Source: a virus (Duplodnaviria; Heunggongvirae; Uroviricota; Caudoviricetes). Taken from it: DNA of 42,424 nt. The notes beneath the pieces were generated by a model. That model saw only the letters and a program-made list of their open reading frames with translations. It was not told where the DNA came from and did not search any database. The DNA lies in the IMG/VR virus record IMGVR_UViG_2563366953_000006, positions 1 through 42,424 of that record. One strand, given 5' to 3'. Positions 30,021 through 39,022 of this stretch are shown here, in pieces; within the stretch, counting starts at the first letter, position 1, and each line of letters opens with the position of its first letter. The translations under genes were made by a program, and so were the position numbers.

Positions 30021-30818
30021 TCAATGAACGGTATCGAGCAGCTTTAACAGCTCAGAGAATCGGGATTCGAAGAAATGCGGCTGCGTCTCGCGCGGATTTG
30101 CGGGACTGGTGATGTTCTTGCCGAACATGCAGCCTTTCGCTGTCAGCGACCAGAATTTTTTGATGTTGTTAATCGCGGTACGGCTGTATCGTTCGCGCTG
30201 CTCGACGATCCCCAGCTTCACCATCTGGTGATATGCCTGATTAGCCGTCAGGCGGATACCATACTGTTTCAGCAGTGCACTCAGTGACAGCGTAGGGCGA
30301 CTTGAGCCATCGTGTGCATCAGCAGGAGCATCAATGGCATAGCGCGGTGCCAGATTCGGTAAGCCAACAGCCTCCTGAAGTTTCTGACAGGCTCCAAGCA
30401 CTGAAGAGTTAGACAGATTTAACTCCCGGCGCATAAAGTCCAGCAGAATCACGCCAGCCTGCATCTTGTCAGCAGCCTGTCCGGATAATTTTTCAGGTGC
30501 GCTGGTTACCATGTCGAAAGTACGGATCACCTTCAGATGGAATGACGGGCTGATCCACATTGCATAGGCATACACCAGTTCTTTGCAGACATACGTCCCC
30601 TGGTTATTTCCACCACGAATAACGTTAACTGGCTCTATATTGACCGAGTTGCAAATCTGCAACTCGCTTATTAAACGTTCAGTTTGCTCATTGCGGAGCC
30701 AGAATGCAGGCTTATGCTTATCCAGAGAACCGGCAGCCCTGTGCAGATCGTTCAGGCTGTAACGCCCATAAGCATCACGACGAACTTCAATACCATCAAT
30801 GACCATCAGATTATTCAT
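30021..30818 (-). CDS. KilA-N domain protein (antirepressor-like)
   Basis: N-terminus MNNLMVIDGIEVRRDAYGRYSLNDLHRAAG matches the KilA-N DNA-binding domain pattern. Confidence 0.6.
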   Translation of the reverse strand: MNNLMVIDGIEVRRDAYGRYSLNDLHRAAGSLDKHKPAFWLRNEQTERLISELQICNSVNIEPVNVIRGGNNQGTYVCKELVYAYAMWISPSFHLKVIRTFDMVTSAPEKLSGQAADKMQAGVILLDFMRRELNLSNSSVLGACQKLQEAVGLPNLAPRYAIDAPADAHDGSSRPTLSLSALLKQYGIRLTANQAYHQMVKLGIVEQRERYSRTAINNIKKFWSLTAKGCMFGKNITSPANPRETQPHFFESRFSELLKLLDTVH

Positions 30819-30837
30819 ACTTCGTTTCTCCTCTTAA

Positions 30838-31227
30838 TCAGGCGGCTGCACCCGCCGGTTTCTCGTACTTACTGATAGTGATCTCGACCTTCCCTTCCGG
30901 GATAACCGGTCCCCACTCCACCAGCATTCTTTTCACCTGACTGTCGTCTTCCCACACACCCGCGTGGGTCAGGGCGTCAAACAGCGCCTTGTTATAGTTG
31001 TCCAGATCGCGGATCCGGTTATCCGGAGGAAACAACACGATCTCCACTGAAGCAGGTGCCGACGTTGGTTTCGGCAGACGACGTAACTGCTCAACTATTG
31101 CTGCGCACGCCGCGCTCTGGAATTTTCGCCCCGCCGCGCTTATCAGGCTCTTACCAGCAAACGCCCCTTTGTTGGGGTGTCGCCAGTACGTGTTCACGCT
31201 GGGCGGAAAAGGCAGGATCAGCTTCAT
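30838..31227 (-). CDS. rusA: Holliday-junction resolvase RusA
   Basis: 129 aa with the RusA catalytic region DLDNYNKALFDALTHAGVWEDDSQV. Confidence 0.8.
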   Translation of the reverse strand: MKLILPFPPSVNTYWRHPNKGAFAGKSLISAAGRKFQSAACAAIVEQLRRLPKPTSAPASVEIVLFPPDNRIRDLDNYNKALFDALTHAGVWEDDSQVKRMLVEWGPVIPEGKVEITISKYEKPAGAAA

Positions 31228-31550
31228 GCTTTCAGGCCTCTCTCATGTAACCAGTGGGTTGCACGCAGCCTTGCGTTTTCCTCACCGGCAAGCAGTGAGC
31301 GGATAATCCCGACCGCCTCGCTGTCGTCGTCCTTCACCGCGGTATGAAGCGTTATCCCCCGGGCCACGCCACGCTTTATCGTGATGACGCCTTTTTTCTC
31401 CAGTGCGCGAAGATGCTCCACCGCTGCATTCACTGAACGGTATCCCAGCATGGTTGCCACCTCCTGATTGGTTGGCGGGAAGCCACGTTCTTTCTGGTAA
31501 GAAATCAGCATATCCAGCACCTGCTGCTGGCATTGAGTTAATGTCGTCAT
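31224..31550 (-). CDS. LexA-type winged-helix DNA-binding protein lacking the peptidase domain
   Basis: LTQCQQQVLDMLISYQKERGFPPTNQEVATMLGYRSVNAAVEHLRALEKKGVITIKRGVARGI aligns with the LexA N-terminal domain; the protein ends after ~108 aa. Confidence 0.65.
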   Translation of the reverse strand: MTTLTQCQQQVLDMLISYQKERGFPPTNQEVATMLGYRSVNAAVEHLRALEKKGVITIKRGVARGITLHTAVKDDDSEAVGIIRSLLAGEENARLRATHWLHERGLKA

Positions 31551-32200
31551 GCCGCCATCTCCCTGACCAGTTTTTCTGCCTGCTGGCGAACCTGCGCCAG
31601 AAACGCCTCACCACATGCCTCAAGTTCATCGCGCCCGATGTAGCTGATTGCCGGTCCCTTCCAGGTCTTGTCGAAAACAGCAATAGCACCAGCGAAGAAA
31701 GCGCCTGTCGGCACCTGCTTCTCATCTTTCGGGATAAACCAGGCAGGCAGTTCAAAACCAATACGCCCGCGAATAAAAGCAATATGATCTGCATCTTCCG
31801 GCCACCACACTTCGCTGGTGGCAGCTTTGATCAGGAAAACATAGCGCCCGCCTTTATCACGCATGGCACTGGCATGTTTCATGATGTAACGCATGCCGGT
31901 GATGTATTGCCCCTCATGCTGACTGGCGCGGCTGTATGGGGGATTACCAAAGGCAGCACCTTTAAGCTCCGCAAGACGTTCTGACCAGTCATGCGCCAGC
32001 GCATTGTCTTCCGCCGTGTAATACGCGGTACATTTGGCGTTATCACCGTCAGTAAACAGATCCAGAACAAACGGGCCAAACAGAGTGTTAATTCCCCAGA
32101 AAATGTTATCCGGCGTGCGCCACTGATCGCCCACTTCCTTCAGTTCATGGGCTGGTTTGTTCCGTAGTTCCACCAGCGCCTGGCAATATTTATTACTCAT
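31547..32200 (-). CDS. Phage DNA N6-adenine methyltransferase (orphan, Dam-like)
   Basis: GNPPY motif (AFGNPPYSRAS); start placed at MSNKYCQ where TAATG overlaps the upstream stop; track start is 32233. Confidence 0.75.
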   Translation of the reverse strand: MSNKYCQALVELRNKPAHELKEVGDQWRTPDNIFWGINTLFGPFVLDLFTDGDNAKCTAYYTAEDNALAHDWSERLAELKGAAFGNPPYSRASQHEGQYITGMRYIMKHASAMRDKGGRYVFLIKAATSEVWWPEDADHIAFIRGRIGFELPAWFIPKDEKQVPTGAFFAGAIAVFDKTWKGPAISYIGRDELEACGEAFLAQVRQQAEKLVREMAA

Positions 32201-32694
32201 TAAGCCCCCACGTAATTCCCTGACAGATACCACTCATCACCCGATACAGCGCGCTTGCTGCTTTTCCGTAAACACTGCTCACGACGCGCCAGAAAATTGT
32301 TTCGTTCTGGCTGGGAGTGGCTTTCACGGAATGCCGCCATCCACACCGTTGCAGCACGACGGTATAAGCCCCTGGACTCCAGTTCTTCAGCCTGGCGGGT
32401 CAGGCACAAAATCACCCGGGGGTCGTTAGTGCCGACATAGAAATTGCGCACAGCTCTGGTTTCACGAACAGATTGTGGTTCCGGCTCCTGCGCTCTCTCA
32501 GTCAGGCGCGGGAAATGTCTGCGTGTATCTCCTTCACAACGGTGAGCCACACGCCCACTCTGACGTAACTTGCTTGCTGACTGCAGAACGCGCTGCCGTG
32601 AGTAACCAGCAAAAGCATCCGCAATGTCTCCGGAAGTACACCCCGGATGGGCTTCAATGAATTTCTGAACTTCATTCAAAAGACTCATAATCAC
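32200..32694 (-). CDS. Hypothetical protein, possibly PerC-like regulator
   Basis: 164 aa, translationally coupled to both neighbours; weak recalled resemblance to PerC family (ELESRGLYRRAATVW). Confidence 0.35.
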   Translation of the reverse strand: MIMSLLNEVQKFIEAHPGCTSGDIADAFAGYSRQRVLQSASKLRQSGRVAHRCEGDTRRHFPRLTERAQEPEPQSVRETRAVRNFYVGTNDPRVILCLTRQAEELESRGLYRRAATVWMAAFRESHSQPERNNFLARREQCLRKSSKRAVSGDEWYLSGNYVGA

Positions 32695-33632
32695 CCCCTG
32701 AATCCTGCCGGGATCTGGCTGTAGTCCACGTTGTCGTAACTGGCTTTGAAGTACGGGTCTTCGCGTTTTTCTGTGTGCGTGCTGACGGACGGCGATAAGC
32801 GCAGGGAAAGCTCATCCCATTTTTCCCGCAACTTCGACGGGCTGAGCACGTTACGGCACCAGAACGGATCGCGGCTGACGCGGCTGTACATCTCGCAGAT
32901 TTGTTTGTGAGTACGACCATCCTGCACACACATCAGGCGAATTTCGTTTGCCCAGGCTGTCCAGTTAGGTTCTTTGGGACGAACCACCTCGCCGTCACAT
33001 TCGGCGGCCTGCTCGTACAGGGCGATGATTTTTTTCCAGAGCCACTGTGCGCAGGTCAAATCATCCTGCGTTCCCCACTGGCGCTTTTTAGGGCTGAATA
33101 CAACCGCATCAGGATGGCGAGTTAAAAAATCCTGTTCATCCGTCTGCGTGTCCGGTTGCGAAGCGTCCGGACGAGAAGTTTTTTTATCTGATGGATCATG
33201 TTTTGATTTTACTGACGGATCCCCGCCAGATTCTGACGGGTGAAAACCCGCTTTTTTGCCAGATTTCGACGCATCAAATTTTGACGGGTCAGATTTTGAT
33301 GCGTCAGATTTTGACGGGTCAGAATCTGACAGTTGAGAAAATGCCGCTGCCTGAAGCTTCGCAACGTTAAGCTGATAAACATTCGACGCATTGCGGTTAC
33401 CCTGGCGACGCGCCTTACGCGTTAACCAGCCTTCTGCTTCCAGCCGTGCGATAGCCGTTCTGACGGTACTCATCCCCGCGCCAATCTGGCGTGCAATGGT
33501 TTCAATTGATGGCCAGCACACACCTTCGTCATTACTGAAATCAGCCAGGCGGGCCATAATTGCCACGCTGGATAACTTCATGCCTGACGCAGCGCAACCA
33601 TCCCATACATAGCCGGTTAATTTAGTGCTCAT
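32691..33632 (-). CDS. Replication initiator (O-like), N-terminal HTH with internal low-complexity repeat encoded by iterons
   Basis: N-terminal HTH-like region WPSIETIARQIGAGMSTVRTAIARLEAEGWLTR; central SDSDPSKSDASKSDPSKFDASKS repeat coincides with DNA direct repeats. Confidence 0.65.
   Translation of the reverse strand: MSTKLTGYVWDGCAASGMKLSSVAIMARLADFSNDEGVCWPSIETIARQIGAGMSTVRTAIARLEAEGWLTRKARRQGNRNASNVYQLNVAKLQAAAFSQLSDSDPSKSDASKSDPSKFDASKSGKKAGFHPSESGGDPSVKSKHDPSDKKTSRPDASQPDTQTDEQDFLTRHPDAVVFSPKKRQWGTQDDLTCAQWLWKKIIALYEQAAECDGEVVRPKEPNWTAWANEIRLMCVQDGRTHKQICEMYSRVSRDPFWCRNVLSPSKLREKWDELSLRLSPSVSTHTEKREDPYFKASYDNVDYSQIPAGFRG
33200..33335. repeat. Iteron-like direct repeats (candidate replication origin) inside the initiator gene
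   Basis: Repeated units of the form GATTTTGACGGGTCAGA / GATTTTGATGCGTCAGA, at least 4-6 copies. Confidence 0.6.
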
Positions 33633-33641
33633 GACCGACCT

Positions 33642-33980
33642 CTATTTCCCTGAATTTACGACGAAACTGTTCGAGCGGGCTGAAGCACTCATGCTCATAG
33701 CCTTCGCGGAGGTAGATAACCCGTTGTGTTTCCGGCTCCCAACGAATGACTCTGACGGGTACTCCGTAGTGATCTTTGAACCAGCGGTTAACTTGTCGCA
33801 AAGGACTGTCTCCTTCTGCCGGTTGAAATCACCCACAGCCCACTCTGCAAAGCTGTGGGTTACAATTTCCCTGTCACCTGGTACATTCACTGCATAGCAA
33901 TATTCCACCTTCGCTTTTCCACCCGGTACAGGAAGCGCAATCAGTTGCGAGCGACGGTAGTGTGTTGTTAAACTGTTCAT
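33642..33980 (-). CDS. Hypothetical early protein
   Basis: 112-aa ORF that exactly fills the gap between the CII-like and replication genes on the early-operon strand; preferred over the antisense ORF 33625..33897. Confidence 0.4.
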   Translation of the reverse strand: MNSLTTHYRRSQLIALPVPGGKAKVEYCYAVNVPGDREIVTHSFAEWAVGDFNRQKETVLCDKLTAGSKITTEYPSESFVGSRKHNGLSTSAKAMSMSASARSNSFVVNSGK

Positions 33981-34534
33981 GCGTTAGTTTCTCCACAACC
34001 AGAAGCAATCGACGCCACGACGCCCGGAGCTGCACACTCGCGGGCGTCATTACTTTCTGAAATGCAAAAGATTTTGTAGACAAGTGCTGCATGCTCCTGC
34101 AGCTTCGAAATTGAGAGATACAGCTCGTCGTTAATTGCTGTCTTCTCATGCGGTTCCACTACACCGTCTTCGATTGCTGAACGAATCTGTTTTGAATAAC
34201 TGCCGATCTGTTCAATGACTTCCAGCAGACGCTGGTTAATATCGGCGTTGTCCACATCCTCGACGTCAGGAAGAGACACAAAGACGCCATTTGCAGACTG
34301 CGCCACAGCATCAGCAATGAAGTGAGTGCCACCAGCACGCTGTAAAACCATTGCCCATCCCAGCGGGAAAATCTGATCGCCATCTGCACGAAGGCGGTTG
34401 AATAAAGCGTTTTCTGTTACATCGAGCCAGTCAGCCGCTTCAGCGTAACCACCCGGCAACGCCGCGATAGTTTTTCTGACAGCTTTCACGTACCACTCAG
34501 GCTGTTTTTCTATTTTCCAGTGATGCTTACCCAC
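33977..34534 (-). CDS. Early regulatory protein, possibly CII-like (CP76 family)
   Basis: 185-aa protein directly downstream of the cro-like gene; family assignment from memory is weak. Confidence 0.4.
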   Translation of the reverse strand: MGKHHWKIEKQPEWYVKAVRKTIAALPGGYAEAADWLDVTENALFNRLRADGDQIFPLGWAMVLQRAGGTHFIADAVAQSANGVFVSLPDVEDVDNADINQRLLEVIEQIGSYSKQIRSAIEDGVVEPHEKTAINDELYLSISKLQEHAALVYKIFCISESNDARECAAPGVVASIASGCGETNA

Positions 34535-34787
34535 GGTTCACCTCCTGTTCCTGTGGTTTAAACCCATTCTGGTTTTGGCTAGATTGAAAACGTGCCGGAT
34601 AAAGAATCTGCATTTCGCTGACTTCACCCTTAAAAAAATTGGCTAAACGTTCTGCAAGCTCGATAGATGGAATCTGCTCCAGCCTCTCAATACGACTCAA
34701 CGTCGCTGGATTGACTTGAACACCCGCAGCAACATGCTGCAAAGTGAAACCATGCGCCTTACGCACATTTCGTAATGGTGATTGCAT
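34527..34787 (-). CDS. Cro-like HTH repressor (XRE family)
   Basis: 86 aa, HTH GFTLQHVAAGVQVNPATLSRIERLEQIPSIELAERLANFF; divergent from the cI-like gene. Confidence 0.75.
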   Translation of the reverse strand: MQSPLRNVRKAHGFTLQHVAAGVQVNPATLSRIERLEQIPSIELAERLANFFKGEVSEMQILYPARFQSSQNQNGFKPQEQEVNRG

Positions 34788-34884
34788 ATGCCCTCCAAAT
34801 ATTGCGCGTTATGCATGTTATTTCACGCAATTATTTTGCGCAAGTTGATTTGCTTATCACGCAATAAAGAAATGTAATAAACGC
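34788..34884. promoter_or_regulatory. Immunity-region operator/promoter region between divergent cro and cI
   Basis: Repeated half-sites TTGCGCG / TCACGCAA / TTGCGCAA / TCACGCAA forming inverted-repeat operators within a 97-bp AT-rich intergenic region. Confidence 0.6.
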
Positions 34885-35577
34885 ATGAACATAGGAAACC
34901 GAGTCAGACAACTTCGCCAAGCGAAGAACATGAAAATCGCCGATCTCGCTGAAGCGATAGGAGTAGATGCGGCGAACATCTCGCGCTTAGAAACGGGTAA
35001 GCAAAAACAATTTACCGAACAAACACTGAGTAATATTGCCAAGAGCTTAGGTGTTGATATTGCTGATCTCTTTACCTCTGCCCACAAAAGTAATACTGTA
35101 TATAAAAACAGTAATAATGAGGATGTTGCGCAGGTGAAGGATGTGTTCCGTATTGAAATGCTGGATATCAGTGCCAGTGCGGGAAATGGCCTTATCCAGG
35201 GCGGTGATGTCATTGATGTGATTCATGCCATCGAATACAGAACTGATAATGCTGTATCAATGTTCGGCGGACGACCAGCCAATCACATCAAAGTTATCAA
35301 CGTTCGTGGGGACAGTATGTGTCCAACCATTGAGCCAGGAGATCTCATCTTCGTTGATGTCAGCATCAATCAGTTTGATGGTGATGGTATATATGTCTTT
35401 GGTTTTGATGATAAAATATACGTTAAAAGACTTCAAATGATTCCTGACAAACTGCTGGTGATTTCTGATAACCAGATTTACCGTGAATGGGGAATTACTA
35501 GCGAAAACGAACACCGATTCATGGTCTTTGGAAAGGTCTTAATCAGTCAGTCGCAAACCCTTAAGAGACATAATTAA
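34885..35577 (+). CDS. CI-like repressor (N-terminal HTH plus C-terminal S24 LexA-like peptidase)
   Basis: HTH at N-terminus (IADLAEAIGVDAANISRLETGK); C-terminal VRGDSMCPTIEPGDLIFVD...YVKRL carries the Ser/Lys dyad. Confidence 0.88.
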   Translation: MNIGNRVRQLRQAKNMKIADLAEAIGVDAANISRLETGKQKQFTEQTLSNIAKSLGVDIADLFTSAHKSNTVYKNSNNEDVAQVKDVFRIEMLDISASAGNGLIQGGDVIDVIHAIEYRTDNAVSMFGGRPANHIKVINVRGDSMCPTIEPGDLIFVDVSINQFDGDGIYVFGFDDKIYVKRLQMIPDKLLVISDNQIYREWGITSENEHRFMVFGKVLISQSQTLKRHN

Positions 35578-35594
35578 CCTCAATATCCCATCCA

Positions 35595-35622
35595 TCGGCC
35601 ACCGAAAGGTGGCTTTTTATTA
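35595..35622 (+). terminator. Rho-independent terminator after cI
   Basis: GGCCACCGAAAGGTGGC followed by TTTTTATT. Confidence 0.6.
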
Positions 35623-35629
35623 CCTATAA

Positions 35630-35670
35630 ATTTGCATATCTCGCAAATATCACTTGCATATCTCGCAATT
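35630..35670. promoter_or_regulatory. Tandem 15-bp direct repeats (candidate operator/promoter for the plus-strand early operon)
   Basis: TTGCATATCTCGCAA occurs twice, 9 bp apart, just downstream of the cI terminator. Confidence 0.45.
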
Positions 35671-35875
35671 TAATTTTATCTTTTGTTCCAGACCAACTAC
35701 AGGATTACAACAAAATCTGGTTGCAACACGGTGCATGTGTCGTAAGCAGTCAGTAAATGTCAAAAACGAACAGGCAGGACGCCCACGAAGTAGCCGCCTG
35801 GGGCATATGAAGTCCAGGATGATTCGTTGAGTCATGTTGTGCCACTAGGCACTCATGTTAAAGCAGGTGTATGAA

Positions 35876-36151
35876 ATGAAAGTCCAGATTTTAAACAATA
35901 ACTGTGAAGTCGTTTGGTCATACGACATAGCCGCCCCTGTAGATCAGAGCGGCGATAGCTGGACCAATGGGAAACATCAGATTATGGCTGGAGTTGTGTT
36001 CTCTTTACGCCGTGCTTTGGAACAGGCTGAAGTATTTCCATCAGACCCTGAATGGAAATGGCCTTTTTCTATTTGTCCAAATTCGGAGAGCACATTTCAG
36101 AAAATTGGTCAGAAAGTCGCACTCGAAGAGCATCAGCCAACTGTTTCCTGA
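35876..36151 (+). CDS. Hypothetical small protein (early plus-strand operon)
   Basis: Start at MKVQIL with AGGTG 7 nt upstream; overlaps a convergent minus-strand ORF so only one may be real. Confidence 0.3.
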   Translation: MKVQILNNNCEVVWSYDIAAPVDQSGDSWTNGKHQIMAGVVFSLRRALEQAEVFPSDPEWKWPFSICPNSESTFQKIGQKVALEEHQPTVS

Positions 36152-36314
36152 TTTTTTCAGGTAACTCGTCGGCATCGCAGAAACAACAACGCTCGATCAT
36201 GTTGAAAGCCGATTCGTAGAACTGTTTCTGCTGAGTGTCGCTGAGACAGGAAAAGAGCGACGTTACGATGATTTTATTAATTGCATTATCAAGTTCTTTT
36301 TCATCAAAAGTCAT
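36069..36314 (-). CDS. Hypothetical small acidic protein
   Basis: 81-aa ORF with AAGGA RBS-like sequence 8 nt upstream; overlaps the 3' end of the plus-strand ORF. Confidence 0.3.
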   Translation of the reverse strand: MTFDEKELDNAINKIIVTSLFSCLSDTQQKQFYESAFNMIERCCFCDADELPEKIRKQLADALRVRLSDQFSEMCSPNLDK

Positions 36315-36419
36315 TTGATTTTCCTTTTATGTATACGGGCTTAAAAGGATACCACCGAGCCTGAAGTGGTGAAAAGACAGGCACATAACAGCTAAGTATT
36401 TTCAACCAGAGAGAATCCT

Positions 36420-36745
36420 TAGCGTTGTGGTGAATGCGGCTCAGCGCACGCGGGTTAAGGTTGAGGCTGACAGTCGACCTTCTGTGGATACCCACCCGCC
36501 TGGTGTGCAACCTTCGCCAGGCACCGGGAGGCACCCGGCACCACAACTTTATGCTGTGTGTAGTCCTGGCGGTACCAGTTTGTACCCTTGCTTCCGGCTG
36601 GTACCGTCCTTTTTTGCAAAACAGAGAAGAGCATCACCGGACGACGGGCTCATAACCCAATCCATCCGGGCGGCTGCCACCGCAGGTGTTCTTCTCTGTT
36701 TTGTGGAGAAACCAACCGACCTTGCAGGGTCGATATGATGAGGAG
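36420..36745. other. GC-rich structured non-coding region (candidate ncRNA or regulatory site)
   Basis: No convincing ORF; 14-bp perfect inverted repeat CAAAACAGAGAAGA (36617..36630) / TCTTCTCTGTTTTG (36690..36703) plus CGGTACCAG/CTGGTACCG and other short palindromes. Confidence 0.4.
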
Positions 36746-36752
36746 CAGCAAA

Positions 36753-37115
36753 ATGGCTAGCGAACGCAGTACTGATGTGCAGGCATTTATCGGGGAGCTG
36801 GACGGCGGCGTATTTGAAACCAAAATCGGCGCAGTTCTCAGTGAGGTCGCTTCCGGTGTGATGAACACGAAAACCAAAGGGAAGGTCTCACTCAATCTGG
36901 AAATCGAACCGTTTGATGAGAACCGTGTGAAAATCAAACACAAACTCTCATATGTTCGCCCAACTAACCGCGGGAAAATTTCCGAAGAAGACACCACCGA
37001 AACGCCGATGTATGTCAATCGCGGTGGTCGCCTGACTATTCTGCAGGAAGACCAGGGACAATTACTGACTCTTGCCGGTGCACCTGACGGAAAACTCCGC
37101 GCAGCAGGTCATTAA
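36753..37115 (+). CDS. Hypothetical prophage protein, YfdP-like
   Basis: Start at MASERSTDV with GAGGAG upstream; followed by YfdQ/YfdR/YfdS-like genes in the CPS-53 order as recalled. Confidence 0.45.
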   Translation: MASERSTDVQAFIGELDGGVFETKIGAVLSEVASGVMNTKTKGKVSLNLEIEPFDENRVKIKHKLSYVRPTNRGKISEEDTTETPMYVNRGGRLTILQEDQGQLLTLAGAPDGKLRAAGH

Positions 37116-37179
37116 TATCGTTTTTAATTAACTGATTATTTATCTCATCACTGAATATTTTATATAGTGAGGACTTATT

Positions 37180-38004
37180 ATGTCTCAGAACTTAGACGTA
37201 ACCGCAATTAATCAAATCCATGCCCTTATTTCTGCTCAGGGTGTTAATGAAATTATCAGTAAGATTGGTGCCGATGCTGTGGCATTGCCTGAGAATTTCC
37301 GCATTCATGATCTGGAAAAATTTAATTTAAATCGTTTCCGTTTCCGTGGTGCGCTTTCCACTGCCAGCATCGATGACTTTACCCGTTATTCTAAAGATCT
37401 TGCAGATGAAGGCACCCGCTGCTTTATCGATGCCGATAATATGCGTGCCGTCAGTGTGCTTAACCTGGGTACTATTGATGAACCAGGTCACGCAGATAAC
37501 ACCGCCACTCTCAAACTGAAAAAGACAGCACCGTTCTCTGCTCTGTTGTCTGTTAATGGCGAGCGTAACTCCCAGAAATCACTGGCAGAATGGATTGAAG
37601 ACTGGGCCGACTACCTTGTGGGCTTTGATGCTAATGGTGACACCATTCAGGCAACAAAAGCGGCTGCGGCGGTCCGTAAAATCACGATTGAAGCAAACCA
37701 GACTGCTGATTTTGAAGATAATGACTTCAGCGGCAAACGCTCCCTGATGGAGTCTGTCGAAGCGAAGACCAAAGACATTATGCCAGTGGCATTTGAGTTT
37801 AAATGCGTTCCGTTTGAAGGTCTGAAAGAACGTCCGTTTAAATTACGCCTCAGCATTATCACTGGCGATCGTCCGGTACTGGTTCTGCGCATTATTCAGT
37901 TGGAAGCGGTGCAGGAAGATATGGCTAACGAATTTCGTGATCTGCTTGTTGAGAAATTCAAGGACAGCAAAGTAGAAACCTTTATTGGGACTTTCACCGC
38001 CTGA
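37180..38004 (+). CDS. Hypothetical prophage protein, YfdQ-like (DUF2303)
   Basis: 274 aa, same length and operon position as YfdQ of the CPS-53 prophage; identity not verified. Confidence 0.5.
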   Translation: MSQNLDVTAINQIHALISAQGVNEIISKIGADAVALPENFRIHDLEKFNLNRFRFRGALSTASIDDFTRYSKDLADEGTRCFIDADNMRAVSVLNLGTIDEPGHADNTATLKLKKTAPFSALLSVNGERNSQKSLAEWIEDWADYLVGFDANGDTIQATKAAAAVRKITIEANQTADFEDNDFSGKRSLMESVEAKTKDIMPVAFEFKCVPFEGLKERPFKLRLSIITGDRPVLVLRIIQLEAVQEDMANEFRDLLVEKFKDSKVETFIGTFTA

Positions 38005-38132
38005 TTTCATTACTGCAAATGCCCCTGCGGGGGCATTTATGGAAACGTAATTGACTCAATAATCGCCTGAAGGCGAGGGTTTTCTTTAACCAAAATTCAG
38101 CGCGGTGCAGCGCATATAACGTGGAGAACAAA

Positions 38133-38669
38133 ATGTCATTTATTAAAACTTTTTCCGGGAAGCATTTTTATTATGACAGGATAAATAAAGACAACATCGA
38201 TATTAACGATATCGCGGTTTCCCTTTCAAATATCTGTCGCTTTGCCGGCCATCTTTCACACTTCTACAGCGTCGCCCAACATGCGGTGCTTTGCAGCCAG
38301 CTGGTACCGCAGGAATTTGCTTTTGAAGCGTTAATGCATGATGCAACAGAAGCGTATTGCCAGGACATCCCGGCTCCACTGAAACGCCTTCTTCCTGACT
38401 ATAAACGGATGGAAGAAAAAATAGACGCCGTAATCCGTGAGAAATACGGGTTACCCCCGGTTATGAGTACACCCGTGAAATATGCCGATCTCATCATGCT
38501 GGCAACCGAGCGCCGCGATCTCGGGCTTGATGATGGCTCTTTCTGGCCTGTGCTGGAAGGTATCCCGGCAACAGAGATGTTCAACGTGATTCCACTGGCT
38601 CCAGGCCATGCCTACGGGATGTTTATGGAACGCTTTAACGAATTATCGGAGTTACGCAAATGCGCATAA
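38133..38669 (+). CDS. HD-domain phosphohydrolase, YfdR-like
   Basis: H..HDATE pattern (HAVLCSQL...ALMHDATEAYCQDIP) typical of HD-domain nucleotidases; start at MSFIKTF with GGAG upstream. Confidence 0.6.
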   Translation: MSFIKTFSGKHFYYDRINKDNIDINDIAVSLSNICRFAGHLSHFYSVAQHAVLCSQLVPQEFAFEALMHDATEAYCQDIPAPLKRLLPDYKRMEEKIDAVIREKYGLPPVMSTPVKYADLIMLATERRDLGLDDGSFWPVLEGIPATEMFNVIPLAPGHAYGMFMERFNELSELRKCA

Positions 38670-39022
38670 ATGTTTTCGAAATGGAAGGGTTTCTTCGCGG
38701 GAAATGTGTACCGCAAGATCTGAAAGTGAACGAAACAAATGCTGAGTACCTGGTACGTAAATTCGACGCGCTTGAAGCTAAATGTGCGGCACTGGAAAGC
38801 AAAATAATACCAGTGTCAGCTGAACTGCCACCAGCAAATGAAAGTGTTCTGTTATTTGATGCTAACGGAGAAGGCTGGCTGATTGGCTGGCGTTCTCTCT
38901 GGTACACCTGGGGACAAAAAGAAACCGGAGAATGGCAGTGGACATTTCAGGTCGGGGACCTTGAAAACGTCAATATCACTCACTGGGCAGTAATGCCGAA
39001 AGCACCAGAGACTAAGAAATGA
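38660..39022 (+). CDS. Hypothetical prophage protein, YfdS-like
   Basis: 120 aa, overlaps the upstream gene stop; order matches the CPS-53-like block. Confidence 0.45.
   Translation: MRINVFEMEGFLRGKCVPQDLKVNETNAEYLVRKFDALEAKCAALESKIIPVSAELPPANESVLLFDANGEGWLIGWRSLWYTWGQKETGEWQWTFQVGDLENVNITHWAVMPKAPETKK

Noticed and set aside
33200-33335. Possible CRISPR array suggested by short direct repeats
   Set aside because: The repeats are only ~15-17 bp with degenerate spacing, lie inside a protein-coding gene, and have no leader or cas genes nearby; they are better explained as origin iterons.
33625-33897. 90-aa plus-strand ORF antisense to the early operon
   Set aside because: The minus-strand ORF 33642..33980 fits the operon without gaps and is preferred; the plus-strand frame has no start context.
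35650-35835. 61-aa minus-strand ORF downstream of cI
   Set aside because: Cys/Arg-rich, overlaps the probable early-operon promoter/operator repeats, no RBS.
36427-36738. 103-aa plus-strand ORF within the structured region
   Set aside because: Low-complexity Pro/Gly/Arg-rich translation typical of a GC-rich non-coding frame; no RBS; overlaps the palindromes.
36420-36745. Retron msr/msd ncRNA suggested by flanking inverted repeats and a GC-rich structured core
   Set aside because: No reverse transcriptase ORF is adjacent; the downstream genes are YfdP/YfdQ-like proteins without RT motifs. Kept only as a generic structured-RNA candidate.
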